IMG/VR virus record: IMGVR_UViG_3300049846_001081
Source: a virus
Taxonomy: Duplodnaviria > Caudoviricetes
Length of the DNA: 64,000 nucleotides
Reading direction: 5' to 3' (one strand)
Shown here: in pieces, positions 13,771 to 26,900 of the stretch
Layout of the letters: each line of letters opens with the position of its first letter
Position numbering within the stretch: position 1 is the stretch's first letter
The notes under the pieces: generated by a model
Seen by the model: the letters and a program-made list of their open reading frames with translations, nothing else
Told to the model about the DNA's origin: nothing
Database searches by the model: none
Program-made: the position numbers and the translations under genes

Positions 13771-14538
13771 ATGGCAAAAGGATTTACTGTAAAGGCATCA
13801 GCACCAAAACCAAAAACTGAAGAATGGGATATTGATGCAATTAAACAAAGAATGCGAGGAAAGAATATTGTATTCTGTCTTCCTGGACGTGGATGTTCTT
13901 TCACTTTTCTAAAAGCATTTGTACAACTATGTTTTGACATGGTACAAAATGGAATGAGTATTCAGATTTCACAAGATTACTCATCAATGGTTAATTTTGC
14001 ACGTTGCAAATGTTTAGGTGCAAATGTTCTTCGTGGACCTAAGCAAGTACCTTGGGATGGAAAACTAGAATATGATTATCAACTTTGGATTGATAGTGAT
14101 ATTGTTTTTGATTCTAACAAGTTCTGGCAACTCTGTGATCTAGCACTTTCAGAAGATGGCACAGAAAAAGAAGTAGTTGCTGGGTGGTATGCTACTGAAG
14201 ATGGTCACACAACTTCTGTCGCACACTGGTTAGAAGAAGATGATTTCCGTAAGAATGGTGGAGTGATGAATCACGAAACTGTGGAATCAATTCAGAAACG
14301 TCGTAAGCCATTCACTGTAGATTACACAGGTTTTGGGTGGGTGCTCATTAAGAAGGGTGTATTTGAGAATCTTGAATATCCTTGGTTTGCTCCAAAGATG
14401 CAAGTCTTTGAGTCAGGGAATGTTCAGGATATGTGTGGAGAAGATGTATCATTCTGTCTTGATGCAAAAGAGGCAGGCTTTGAGATCTGGTGCGATCCTC
14501 GTATCAGAGTGGGACATGAAAAAACTCGCATAATCTAA
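13771..14538 (+). CDS. GT-A fold glycosyltransferase-like protein
   Basis: LWIDSDIVF (DxD), TGFGWVLIK, GEDVSFC and RVGHEK are typical GT2-like motifs. Confidence 0.7.
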   Translation: MAKGFTVKASAPKPKTEEWDIDAIKQRMRGKNIVFCLPGRGCSFTFLKAFVQLCFDMVQNGMSIQISQDYSSMVNFARCKCLGANVLRGPKQVPWDGKLEYDYQLWIDSDIVFDSNKFWQLCDLALSEDGTEKEVVAGWYATEDGHTTSVAHWLEEDDFRKNGGVMNHETVESIQKRRKPFTVDYTGFGWVLIKKGVFENLEYPWFAPKMQVFESGNVQDMCGEDVSFCLDAKEAGFEIWCDPRIRVGHEKTRII

Positions 14539-14690
14539 TGAAATACAACGTTCTTTATAATGGGCGTAAAATTTATATGAACCTCAGTGCTGAAGAATGT
14601 ACTGAGGTTCTTCAAGACTTTTCCGAACGGTTTTTCTCGGAAGAAAATATTGATCCTAGTTTAATTGAATTGGAGGAAATTTATGGCTAA
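14538..14690 (+). CDS. 50-aa hypothetical protein
   Basis: MKYNVLYNGRKIYMNLSAEECTEVLQDFSERFFSEENIDPSLIELEEIYG; TAATG-coupled. Confidence 0.6.
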   Translation: MKYNVLYNGRKIYMNLSAEECTEVLQDFSERFFSEENIDPSLIELEEIYG

Positions 14691-14823
14691 AGGTGGAAGT
14701 AATAAAGTACTGTTTCAACCAGGAGCACCCAAGAAGACTCGTCAGGGGCGTTCTCCTCGCACATTACTTAGTGCAACCTCTCGTAATGGACGCAAAAAGA
14801 AATATCGCGGTCAAGGAAAATAA
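14683..14823 (+). CDS. 46-aa basic protein
   Basis: MAKGGSNKVLFQPGAPKKTRQGRSPRTLLSATSRNGRKKKYRGQGK; GGAGG RBS. Confidence 0.65.
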   Translation: MAKGGSNKVLFQPGAPKKTRQGRSPRTLLSATSRNGRKKKYRGQGK

Positions 14824-14828
14824 TATTC

Positions 14829-14862
14829 AGAGTGCTTAAATAGAAATAAGCACTCTTTTTTT
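14829..14862 (+). terminator. Hairpin with T run
   Basis: AGAGTGCTT/AAGCACTCT stem followed by T7. Confidence 0.55.
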
Positions 14863-15387
14863 ATGTTTTCAGATAAAGAACTTTATATCTTAAATTGGAT
14901 AAAGGAAGTATCAAAAATTCGTCCAGAGTTGAATGGATTTGCAATCTGTCCTTTTGCATCTAAATCAAAATTTAAGATCATAGAGTGCTCTGTAGAAGAT
15001 ATTTTACCAATAGAAGGATATCAAGTCATCATTTATATCATTGAAGATTACTTTGATTTAGATACGGTTCAATTATGGGTAGACTATTACAATCAAAAAC
15101 ATGAGGGTTGGAAATTTTTTGAAGATTGTGGTGCATATAAGACATATATTAAAGATATTCAAACAAATAACGGCAAATATAATTTAATATTGGGACAACC
15201 AACTGATAAATTACGTAAATTTAGAGAAAATCTTGCTAAAACTGAGTATTATAAGATGTGGGATGATGAGTACTTGAAGGAAATTCTTGAAGATGACTAT
15301 GATTTGATTGAAAAACGGGATAGCAACCCCGTAAAAAGTTCTGATTTAACAGATCAGGAGCAAAAAAATGACCAAACAAGTGGATAA
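14863..15387 (+). CDS. Hypothetical protein
   Basis: 174-aa ORF with an ICPFA motif. Confidence 0.7.
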   Translation: MFSDKELYILNWIKEVSKIRPELNGFAICPFASKSKFKIIECSVEDILPIEGYQVIIYIIEDYFDLDTVQLWVDYYNQKHEGWKFFEDCGAYKTYIKDIQTNNGKYNLILGQPTDKLRKFRENLAKTEYYKMWDDEYLKEILEDDYDLIEKRDSNPVKSSDLTDQEQKNDQTSG

Positions 15388-15625
15388 AGACGAAAATTTC
15401 ATGAAAAATGAGTGGGGAACTCAATATTTGGCATCTGAATATGGTTGGGAATCTAAAGTTGAGAGGCAAAAAATGCTTCGTGAAATTGCAAATGACGATT
15501 TAACCCCCAAAAAACACGATTTTTACCATCAAAACGAAATTCATCAAAAAATTCGTAATGACGAAGACTATGATGACTGGGAATATGGCACTGAACCCCT
15601 TTATGAATCCAAAAATCCCGAATAA
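15368..15625 (+). CDS. Hypothetical protein
   Basis: 85-aa acidic ORF. Confidence 0.65.
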   Translation: MTKQVDKDENFMKNEWGTQYLASEYGWESKVERQKMLREIANDDLTPKKHDFYHQNEIHQKIRNDEDYDDWEYGTEPLYESKNPE

Positions 15626-15648
15626 ATAAGACAGAATTATTATAATCA

Positions 15649-16050
15649 ATGCCTTTAGAAAGGGTTAGTCAAGGATTTAAAGATATCAGTATGTCATTTC
15701 AGATTAACCCTCTGAATAGTGACTTGATTGCCCTTAAAAATGAAACTGCAATTTCTCGTTCAATTCGTAATATTGTTTTTACAGTTCCGGGTGAGAAATT
15801 TTTTAATGAAAACTTCGGATCAAATATCTCTAGATCTATTTTTGAAAATGTTGATGACATTTCGGCATCAGTAATTGTTGATGAAATTAGACAATCCATT
15901 CAAAATTATGAACCAAGAGTTGAATTGATTGATGTTCAGGCATATCCTGACTACGATAACAACTCATTTGATGTTATTATCACTTACAATATTATTGGTG
16001 CAGACGTACCTGCACAACAACTACAGTTTGTATTGCAACCAACAAGGTAA
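15649..16050 (+). CDS. gp25: Baseplate wedge subunit gp25
   Basis: GEKFFNENFGS..IQNYEPRVEL gp25-family motifs; position before gp6. Confidence 0.92.
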   Translation: MPLERVSQGFKDISMSFQINPLNSDLIALKNETAISRSIRNIVFTVPGEKFFNENFGSNISRSIFENVDDISASVIVDEIRQSIQNYEPRVELIDVQAYPDYDNNSFDVIITYNIIGADVPAQQLQFVLQPTR

Positions 16051-17976
16051 ATGCCATTAGTAAATTTTACAAATCTGGACTTTGACCAGATTAAAGCAAC
16101 ACTTAGAGACTACCTAAGAGCAAACTCTAACTTCACTGATTATGATTTTGAAGGATCTAATCTTTCATCAATTCTTGATGTTTTGGCATACAATACCTAT
16201 ATTACCTCATATAATGCAAATATGGTTGCAAATGAGGTCTTTATTGATAGTGCGACTCTTAGAGAGAATGTAGTTGCTCTAGCAAGAAACATTGGATACG
16301 TACCAAGATCAAAAAAGGCATCCAGAGCAACAATATCCTTTTTTGTTGATTGTTCAAATATCACACCATCTCCAGTATCATTAACTCTTAAGAAAGGACC
16401 AGTTGCTAGCACGTCTGGAACTTTTGGAAATCAATCTTTTGTATTTTCAATTCTAGAAGATATTACAGTTCCTGTTTTTGATAATATTGCTACTTTTAGT
16501 GAGATCCCTATTTACGAAGGAACATTATTAACTTCAAACTTTACATATACTTCAAGAAATCCTAATCAACGTTTTATATTACCAAACTCAGGTATTGACA
16601 CCAATTTAATTTCCGTAATTGTCAAAAATAATCAACAATCATCACTTTCGGTAAAGTATAATCAACAAGATAGTCTTTTTGAAATTGACAAAGAATCGGA
16701 AATTTACTTTTTACAAGAAATTGAAGATGAGAGATATGAACTAATTTTTGGAGATAATATTTTCGGAAAAGCACTTCAGGAAGGAAATTATATTGAAGCA
16801 TCATACATTATCACAAATGGTGATAGTGCCAATGGAATCAATCAGTTTTTATATTCTGGTAGATTAACATACACAAGAAATTCAGTTGAATATATCGTTA
16901 CATCTGGAATTTCTCTTCTAACTACTGGACTAATTTCTTCTGGTGGAGAAAATATTGAGTCTGTAGAGTCTATTAAAAAGTATGCCCCAAGAATATATTC
17001 ATCGCAAAATAGAGCAGTTACTTCAAATGATTATGAAACCTTGATTCCATCAAAAATTTATCCAGAAACAGAATCAATATCAGTTTTTGGTGGAGAAGAG
17101 TTGGTTCCACCACAATATGGAAAGGTATTCATTAGCATTAAACCAAGAAGCGGTGATTTCTTATCAAATTTGGTAAAAGAAAATATAAAACTAAAACTTA
17201 AAAAATATGCAGTAGCAGGTATTGTTCCTGAAATTTTAGATTTAAAATATCTTTATATTGAATCTGATTCGAAAATTTATTATAATACAAATCTTGCTCC
17301 TAGTGCCTCATATGTTTCAAATATTGTTCAACTTAATGCAAATAAATACGCAGAATCAACAGAATTAAATAAGTATGGTGCTAGATTTAAATATAGTAAA
17401 TTTTTGAAAATAATAGATGATAGCCATGATTCAATAACTTCAAATATAACGAAAATTCAAATCAGAAGAGATTTGAGAGTTTCTTTGAATTCATTTGCAG
17501 AGTACTCTATTGGTTTTGGAAATGAATTTCACATCAATAGTATGGATGGATACAATATAAAATCCAGTTCGTTTAAAATAAGTGGAGTTTCTCAAGACGT
17601 TTATCTATCTGACATTCCAAATACTAACCGTACTACTGGAACCATCTTTCTTTTTACCATACCAAACGTTTCTTCAAGAACAACAACAATTTTAAGAAGA
17701 AACGTTGGATCCATAGATTATAAAAATGGTGTCATTACTCTCAATCCGATAGTTATTACATCAGCAAAACAGAAAAATGGTCAACCCATTATTGAAATAT
17801 CAACAACACCAAAATCAAATGACATTATTGGATTACAGGATTTGTATTTGCAACTAGATATTAGTAAGAGTAATTTTGAAATGGTTGTTGATGAAATCTC
17901 ATCTGGATTAGATCCTTCAGCATCAAATTACATAGTATCATCAAGTTACACCAACGGGAATTTAGTAAGATCATAA
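16051..17976 (+). CDS. gp6: Baseplate wedge subunit gp6
   Basis: LDFDQIKATLRDYL..DYDFEGS..LDVLAYNT..FIDSATLRENVV; QNRAVT. Confidence 0.95.
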   Translation: MPLVNFTNLDFDQIKATLRDYLRANSNFTDYDFEGSNLSSILDVLAYNTYITSYNANMVANEVFIDSATLRENVVALARNIGYVPRSKKASRATISFFVDCSNITPSPVSLTLKKGPVASTSGTFGNQSFVFSILEDITVPVFDNIATFSEIPIYEGTLLTSNFTYTSRNPNQRFILPNSGIDTNLISVIVKNNQQSSLSVKYNQQDSLFEIDKESEIYFLQEIEDERYELIFGDNIFGKALQEGNYIEASYIITNGDSANGINQFLYSGRLTYTRNSVEYIVTSGISLLTTGLISSGGENIESVESIKKYAPRIYSSQNRAVTSNDYETLIPSKIYPETESISVFGGEELVPPQYGKVFISIKPRSGDFLSNLVKENIKLKLKKYAVAGIVPEILDLKYLYIESDSKIYYNTNLAPSASYVSNIVQLNANKYAESTELNKYGARFKYSKFLKIIDDSHDSITSNITKIQIRRDLRVSLNSFAEYSIGFGNEFHINSMDGYNIKSSSFKISGVSQDVYLSDIPNTNRTTGTIFLFTIPNVSSRTTTILRRNVGSIDYKNGVITLNPIVITSAKQKNGQPIIEISTTPKSNDIIGLQDLYLQLDISKSNFEMVVDEISSGLDPSASNYIVSSSYTNGNLVRS

Positions 17977-17980
17977 TAAC

Positions 17981-20900
17981 ATGACAGAAAAAAGAGTTCA
18001 GTTTAGCAACATTGTTAACAATCAACTTCCTTTATACGTTAGGGAGGAGTTTCCATTAATATCTGAATTTCTTTCACAATATTACATTTCACAAGAATTT
18101 AAAAGTGCTCCCGTTGACCTTATACAGAACATAGACAAATATGTAAAAGTTGATGAAATTACAAATCGTACAGATTCTGTAATTTTAGGAGCAAACATAA
18201 GTGATATTGATACGACTATTACAGTTAATGTAGGAACTAATCCAGAAGGAACAACAAATTTTCCAGATTCTTATGGTTTAATTCAGATTGATAATGAGAT
18301 CATTACTTATACGTCCAAAACTTTCAATTCATTTCGTGGGTGCATAAGAGGATTTAGTGGAATATCCTCATATGTTAGTGAATCTACCCCAGATCAACTT
18401 ACATTTAAATCAACAGAGTCATCTAATCATAATAAGGGAGCAACTATATTAAATTTAAGTTCTTTATTCCTTAAAGAATTTTTAACAAAAATAAAGTATC
18501 AACTATCTCCAGGATTTGAGAATAGATCTTTATATTCCGGAATAAAAGAATCAATCTTCCTAAAACAGATAAAAGATTTTTATCAGAGTAAAGGAACTGA
18601 TGAATCTTTTAAAATTCTTTTTAAAGTCTTATACGGAGAAGAAGTAAAGATTGTCAAACCAAAGGAAAATCTTTTTAGACCATCTGATGCACAGTTTAGG
18701 TTAACAAATGATTTAATAGTTGAGAGTATTTCTGGAAATCCAGAAACACTATTAAATCAAACTCTGTATCAGGATCAATATGGAAGCATACAATATGCTC
18801 GCAGTCCAATAGCATATGTTGAAAAAATAATATCAGGAGTTGGAAACACTTATTATAAACTAAGTTTAGATGCTGGATATGATAGGGATGTTATCACAGA
18901 AGGGACTACAATAGGAAGATTTACTGTTCATCCCCAAACAAAAATAGTTGGACCAGTTTCAGTTGGTGTGACTGTTTTTGATGTTGATTCTACTGTAGGG
19001 TTTCCAAATAGTGGAGAACTTTTAGTTCAATATGGAGATGAGACAACAGGAATTGTTTCGTACACATCAAAATCTTTAAATCAATTTTTTGGATGTTCTG
19101 GTGTATCAAAAACAATTTTTGATACTGCACCTGTCGGAATTAACACATATGCACATGCGTACAGCAGTGTTGATGGGTCTTTAGTATCATTAAGAATTAC
19201 ATCTGTTTTAAATTCTGTAACAATACCAGATAATACAAGATATTATTATAAGAATGATACTTCAATAATCAGAACTTTAGGAGTAAATGCAAAAGATATC
19301 TCATCAAAAAATTGGTTTTTTAATGTTCCGATTTCTTATAAAGTAAAAACAATAACTCTTCGTGGAACAGGTGATACTTATGACATAACCACCGAAAAAG
19401 AAAACATATTTAAAATTGGTGATAAAGTTGAAATTATATCTAGATCTGGATCTAAGGTAACATCTTCAATTTTTGATCTTGTATCAGAAAAAACCTTTAG
19501 TATTAAAGGTCAGGGAAATATAACTTTATCTGAAATTTATATTGTTAAAAAGGTTATTTTAAAGACAAAATCAACTTTTTTCCCCAATGTCTCTACGGTC
19601 AATTCAAACGTACAAAACTCATACAAACTAGATGAAAAAACTTTAATTGCTTCTCCATCTCTTCCAAATTATCTAGACCAATCACTATCAACCACTGATA
19701 GATCAATCACTTTTGGTGGAACTTTTTCCGGAACCGTTTTCACAATAACACCCAATTTTGATCATGGATTTTATACTGGAGATTGTGTTTACTATACTCC
19801 CCAGAAATCATCAAGAGATAATGTATTAAGTTCTATATTTGATGAGGGAATCTATTTTATTAAGAGAATAGATTCTAATAGAGTTAGTTTTGCTAAGAGT
19901 AGATCAAATATTTTCAATAATATATTTGTATCAGTTTCTTCTAGTACAACTGTATTAAACAATAAAATTGATTTTTTTGATTATAAATCAAAAACTTTAA
20001 ATAGTCAGAAGTTATTGAGAGAAATATCTCCACCAGTTGATAATGGAGATATTCATAAAACAGAACCAGGGTTTACTGGAATTTTGGTCAATGGTGTAGA
20101 GATATTAAATTACAAGGCAAATGAATCAATTTACTATGGCAAAATTGAATCAATTAATGTCAATTCATCAGTAACAAATTGTGATGTAATCAATCCACCA
20201 ATTTTAAATATAACTGACACCGTTGGAACTGGTGCAACTGGATTCTGTGCTGTAAGAGGGTCACTCCAAGAAATAAGAATTATAGATCCAGGATTTGATT
20301 ATGTTGATACCCCAATAGTTAAAATAACTGGAGGTAATGGAACTGGTGCAAAAGCATATGCAAATATGAAATTAATTGAGCACGAATCAGTGTTCAATTC
20401 TGAAGTTAATTCTGCTCTAATTTCTTTAGGTGCTAGTTCGTCTACAATTGGGTTTAGTACTTATCACAAATTTAGAAATGGCGAAAGAGTCATTTATAAA
20501 ACTGATTCCCAAAAAGGAGTTGGAGGATTATCTACTGATTCGTCATATTTCGTTTCTGTTGTTAATAACTACACTGTCAAATTACATAAAACATTATCTG
20601 ATGTTGTAGCAGGTATTAACACAGTTGTATTATCTTCATATGGAACTGGAAATCACAAGTTAAAGTCATATTATCAAAAATCAGTTGTAGGATCTATTAA
20701 TATAGAAAACAGTGGATCTAATTATGAAAATAAAAAGAGAACCACAACTCATATAGGAATTAATACTGCCTTATCACAGATTGAAATCAAAAATCATGAT
20801 TATCAATCAGGCGATACTGTAATCTACACAACAGATTTTACACCTATAAGTGGTTTAACAACTAATACTGAATATTTTGTAACTAAGATTACGGATGATG

Positions 20901-23900
20901 CTTTTAGATTATCACCAGTTGGTTTGGGAAGCACAAATCGCGATTTTTATTATAAAACCAATCAATATGCCAAATTAAACTCAGTTGGTCTTGGAACTCA
21001 TGTATTCAATTATCCAGAAATAAAAGTAGAATTAATTGGTAATATTGGCATATCCTCTATTGGCACAACAACTTTCAAAGCCAATGTTCAACCTATTTTT
21101 AGAGGAGAAATAACATCCGTACACCTAACTTCTGGTGGTGTTGGATATGGATCTTCTGATATAATTAATTTTTATAGACAACCTCTATTTGAACTTAAAA
21201 CAGGAAAATCTGCTGAACTTACGCCAGTAGTTTCTTATGATGGAAAAATTACAGAAGTTTTAGTTAACAACACTGGTTCTGAATACAATTCACCCCCAAC
21301 ATTAATCATTGATGGAGATGGTATAGGCGCAGTTTTAACACCAGTTATATCTAATGGAAAAATTATTGATGTGAAAGTTATTGATGGTGGAATAGGATAT
21401 AACCCCGGGTCTACTTCAATAACGGTTATTCCATCTGGTTCAGTAGCAGAATTTAGTGCAAATATACAATCTTGGACTATCAACCTATTCAAGAAATATT
21501 TTTCAACAATAACATCAGATGATGGATTTGTTGTAAAGGGATTAAGTGATAGTTTTGGTCTTCAATATTCTCACTTGTATGCTCCAAGAAAATTAAGAGA
21601 GATATTGCAACCATCTGATCAAAATGGAAATAAAGTTTACGGAAAAACAGATTTAGTAAAAATAAACAATATTGAGTCAAATTCAACCAGCCATTCCCCA
21701 ATTATTGGGTGGGCATACGACGGAAATCCAATTTATGGTCCATATGGTTATATTACAAAAACTGGTGGAATTATTTCTCAAATAAAATCTGGTTATGTTT
21801 TAGAAGAAAAAAATAATAGACCATCAAAAAATTCATATGATCTTGGATTTTTTGTTGAAGATTATACTTATTATGAAAAAAATGACGACACAATTTTAGA
21901 TGAAAATAACGGAAGATTCTGTGTAACTCCAGAATTTCCAAATGGAACATACGCATATTTTGCGACATTTGAATCTTTTGCGGATAGTAGTGGAAAGTTT
22001 GTAAATTACAAGCAACCACAGTTTCCATATTTAATAGGAAATAATTTTAAGTCAAGACCAATTGATTTTAATTTCTTAAAAAATTCAAATCAGGATAACT
22101 TAGATTTGAATCAGACAAGTTGGTCCAGAAATACCTATTTCTATAATTTAATAAATGACGATTCTTCATATTCATATCTTACAATACCAAATGAATTAAA
22201 CCAAACACTAGATGTAAAATATGCTTCACCAGGATCAGTTGATTCAATTGGAATTGAAACTGGTGGACAAAATTATCAAATTAACGATACTGTAATATTT
22301 GATAATGCTGATACTCAAGGATATGGAATCAGTGCAAAAGTTTCTAGAATTTCCGGAAAATCAGTATCATTTGTTAGTGTTGCTACAAGTACAATTTCTT
22401 CCGTTGAAATATATCCTTCTGAAAATAAAGGAGAATATATTATTTTTGCAGAAAATCCACACAATTTCAAAAATAATGATATTGTTTCTGTATCTGGTTT
22501 AAGCACTACTTCTTCATTAATAGAAGGATCTTATAAAGTTGGTATATCTACAAATATACTTACAGTTTCTGGTGTAGGAACAACATCTGGGACTGTAACA
22601 ACAGGAATTGCATCTGTAGGTGTAACTGGAATAGTAACTTACATCAATGTTTTTGGAAATATTAGATATCCAAACATAAAAGAGAACGATATTCTAGAAA
22701 TAGGATCTGAAAATGTAAAAGTTCTCAATGTTGATAATCTAAACTCAAGAATTAGAGTTATTAGAGCATATAATGGTACATCTGGAACTGCACACACATC
22801 TTCAACTCAGATCAAAGAAAAATCAAGAAAACTTATAATAAACGCAGGATATAGAACTTCTTATGATTACAAGATCAATAAACAATTCTATTTTAATCCC
22901 ATAGATTCTGTTGGACTTGGAACTTTATCTGGAGTTGGTATAGGGACAACGATTAATTTTACAAACCCAGGCGCAGGTTTAACACAAATATTCATACCGA
23001 CCAAATCAATTTACATTCAGAAGCATGGACTAGAAACTGGAGATCTTGTTACTTATTCAAATAATGGTGGATCTTCACTTGTAGTTTCATTTACTGGAAT
23101 AGGAACAACATCTTTGAGTGATCAATCAAGTCTATATGTAGCTAAGATTTCGGATGATATTATTGGATTAGCAACTGTAAGGGTTGGTCTTGGATCCACT
23201 GGAACTTTTGTGGGAATTGCAAGTACACAAAGGTCTTCAACAACACTTTATTTTGTAGGATTGGGGTCTGGAGTTTATCACAGTCTCAAAACAAATTTTG
23301 ATGTTATTACGGGAGCAATAGAGAGAAACCTTGTTACGGTTTCTTGTTCCTCCACACATGGATTGAATTCCAATGATGTAGTTTATGTTGACGTAAATCC
23401 TTCTATTTCTACTTCATTTGCAGTAAAATATGATGATTATAATAGAAAGGTCCTCGTAAATACAAGAACCTTTATTTCTGGAAATGTTAACACGAGTGCA
23501 AATACAATCACATTAATTAATCATAATTTATCTACTGGACAAAAAGTATTACACACATCAGATTCTCCTTCTGGAGGACTACAAAATCAAAAAGAATACT
23601 TTGTAGTTAAAGTAGATAAAAACACAATTAAACTGGCAAATACTTTTTATGATGCAACATTACGCAAACCCAATATAGTCAATATTACAAGTTCTTCTTT
23701 TGGTACAATTTCGCCAATAAATCCACATATTTCCCTTTATAAAGATTCAGTTGTTACTTTTGATTTGTCCGATGCTTCATTATCTTATACTATTCAATCA
23801 CAGAAATATCCAGCCTTTATCTTAGATTTTTATACGGATAAAAACTTTACTCAAGTTTTTGATTCCACTAAAGAAAAAAATACTTTTGAAGTTCAAAAAT

Positions 23901-26900
23901 ACGGAGTAGTTGGGGTTACATCCGACGCAAGAGTTGTTTTAACTGTAAACAAAGATATTCCACAAAATCTATATTACAAGTTAACTCCAGTTTATGATTC
24001 AAATAATAACCTACCAGATATTAAAAAACAAATATCTATAGATTATGATGTTCAATCAAATAATCAGATTAGTGTATTATTGAGCAAATATAATGGAAAA
24101 CAAACTATAATTTCTTCCTCATCAACTTCCTTTACATATACATTACCAGAAACTCCAGAAGAGTCTTCTTATACAAACCCCACTTCAATCATTAATTATA
24201 CAACAGATTCAATAAATGCCTATGGTCCAATATCAGAAATAGAAATCACCAATTCTGGAAAAAATTATTATTCTTTACCTGGAATTTCTACTATTAAGAC
24301 CAAAATTGGTTATGGTGGAATATTAAATGTTTCAAGTCAGTCAATAGGCAAAATAAGAAAAACAAAAATTAATGATATTGGGTTTGATTTTCCAAGTGAT
24401 TTTACTTTAAGACCAAGTGCAATATTAACACAAATTATTAAAATAGAACCATTATCTTCCTTAAAATCTGTGGGAATTACTTCTTTTGGTAGGGGTTATT
24501 CCATTGCACCAAAACTTATAGTTATTGACGGAAAAACTAATAAATTAGTTCCAGAAATTGATTTGAATTATACCTTAGGTAAAAATCAAGTTGAAATACG
24601 TAAAAATGCATATAGTTTGTCTAATGTAACTCCCATTATTTTACCAACACAAAATTCAAATGGAGTTGGCATAGGATCAATTAAATATAATTCATCGTCA
24701 AAAGAAGTTACTGTAACTTTAGCGGTTGGATTTAGCACTGCGGATTCATTCCCATTCAAGGTGAATGACAGGGTTATGATTGAAAATATAAGTGTTGGTG
24801 TTGGATCTACTGGAATTGGATATAACTCAGAAAATTATAATTACAAATTATTCCCAATTACATCAGTAACTGAAAATAGAGGCGGTATAGGATCAGTAAC
24901 TTATAGTTTGAATGGTTTGCTTACAGGATCACAAATACCTGGAATTTATGATGCCGTCAATTCTTCTGGTAGAATAATTCCAGAAAAATATTTCCCAGTA
25001 TTTGATGTTCAATTGCAAAAAAATAATTATTTGTCTGGTGAAACTGTTAAGTCAAAATCAGCGACTGGATATGTTGATGGTTGGGATCCATTATCAAATC
25101 AGTTGAGAGTTGTATCAAAAGAAAACTTTATTAAGGGTGAAGTTGTAGAGGGAACTATTTCAAAAACCCAAGGAATAGCAAACATTTTAGATTATAATGA
25201 GATTTTCTTCAATTTAAATTCTTCATCCATAATTGATAACGGTTGGCAAGTGAATGCTGGATTTTTAAATGCAAATAGTGAAAGAATTCAAGACAGTGAT
25301 TTTTATCAAAACTTCTCATACTCAATTAAGTCATCAGTAGCATATGAGGATTGGAATGATGCGGTAAGCACTTTAAATCATACTACAGGATTTAAAAAAT
25401 TTGCGGAACTTCAGGTAGAAACTAAAAATTCAAATTCAATGTCTGTTGGTCTTTCAACAAACCAAACATATTTGGAGGTTATTGCTGATCTTACTGGATT
25501 TGCAAATTTAAATTGTGTTTCTGATTTTGATCTCGTTAAAGAGAATTTCTTATCTGGATCTGGAAGAAGTTTTTCAAACGAGATTACATTTTCTAATCGT
25601 GTTCTGACAGATTATTTTGAATCCATTGGTAATAGAGTTTTATCCATAGATGATTTAAGACCAGAATTCAATAGTAATCCAAGAGCAACAAGATTTTCTG
25701 AAGTTCATAGATTCTTATTAACTGATGCCAGAGCACAAAAGTATATTACTTATGTTGTTGATAGAAGATATGTTGGACAAAGACAATTAATGTTAGTTAC
25801 TCTAATTCAGAGTGGAGGAACTGGATACTTAAATCAATATGCAAGATTAGAATCTTCTTATGATCTAGGATCTTTTGATTTTAATGTTGATGGTGTTGAA
25901 GGTGTTCTTACCTTCAATCCAACAAATTATTCTGTTAATGACTATAATATTACAACTCTTTCATATAATTTGAAAGATTCTATGCTTGGTATTGGAACTT
26001 CTTATTTTGGAGATCTGGCAACAGTAAAAACAACTAGCAATTTTGTATCTTCTGGATCAACAACTATTGTTGGTATGGGAACAACATTTAATTCTGCTAA
26101 GGTCTTGGTTGAAATTACTGCATCCAATGGTCAATATGAATTTGATGAATTAAATATTGTCCACGATGGAACTAACATTGAACTTCTAGAATATGGACAA
26201 ATTACCAACCACTCCGCAGATGTCCTTTCAAGTTCTGGATTAGGAACATATTATCCATATATTTCTGGATCAAATGTAATGGTAGACTTTTATCCAAATA
26301 CAGGGATAGCAGTCACTGTTAATACATTCCAAACCCTTTTGGGAGGATCTTCTTCTGGAATTGGAACATATGACATGAAACATGCCAGATTACAAGGCAT
26401 TTCAACTTCAATATCATCATCAGGGTCACCAATTGCTACACCAATTATTGAATATCCAGGAGACTATGATTGCTCATACGCTTTGGTACAAATTGCTGAT
26501 ACAACAAATAACAGATATCAATTATCGGAGATTGTTGTATTAGATGATCAGACCGATTCCTCTACTGGTGAGGTTTACATTGTAGAATTTGGAACAATTG
26601 AAACTTATGCAGGTTTAGGAACTTTTGGTGCTGTGAAGAATGGCTCAACCACCCAAATAACATTTACTCCATTACCAAGTATTGATATTAGAGTTAGTGC
26701 GTTCTTTAATGCACTAAGATATCAAGATGATGCAAAAGATATAGTATCTTTTAATAATGGAAGTATAGAGACAAATGATGGAACATATTTTGGAACAGAT
26801 AGAGATGTTAGGAGAGCATTTGATTTAAGACACAAAGGAAATGAAATTTTTAGAAGAGACTTTGATGGAAGTTCTTCTACAATTATTGATATTTTAAATA

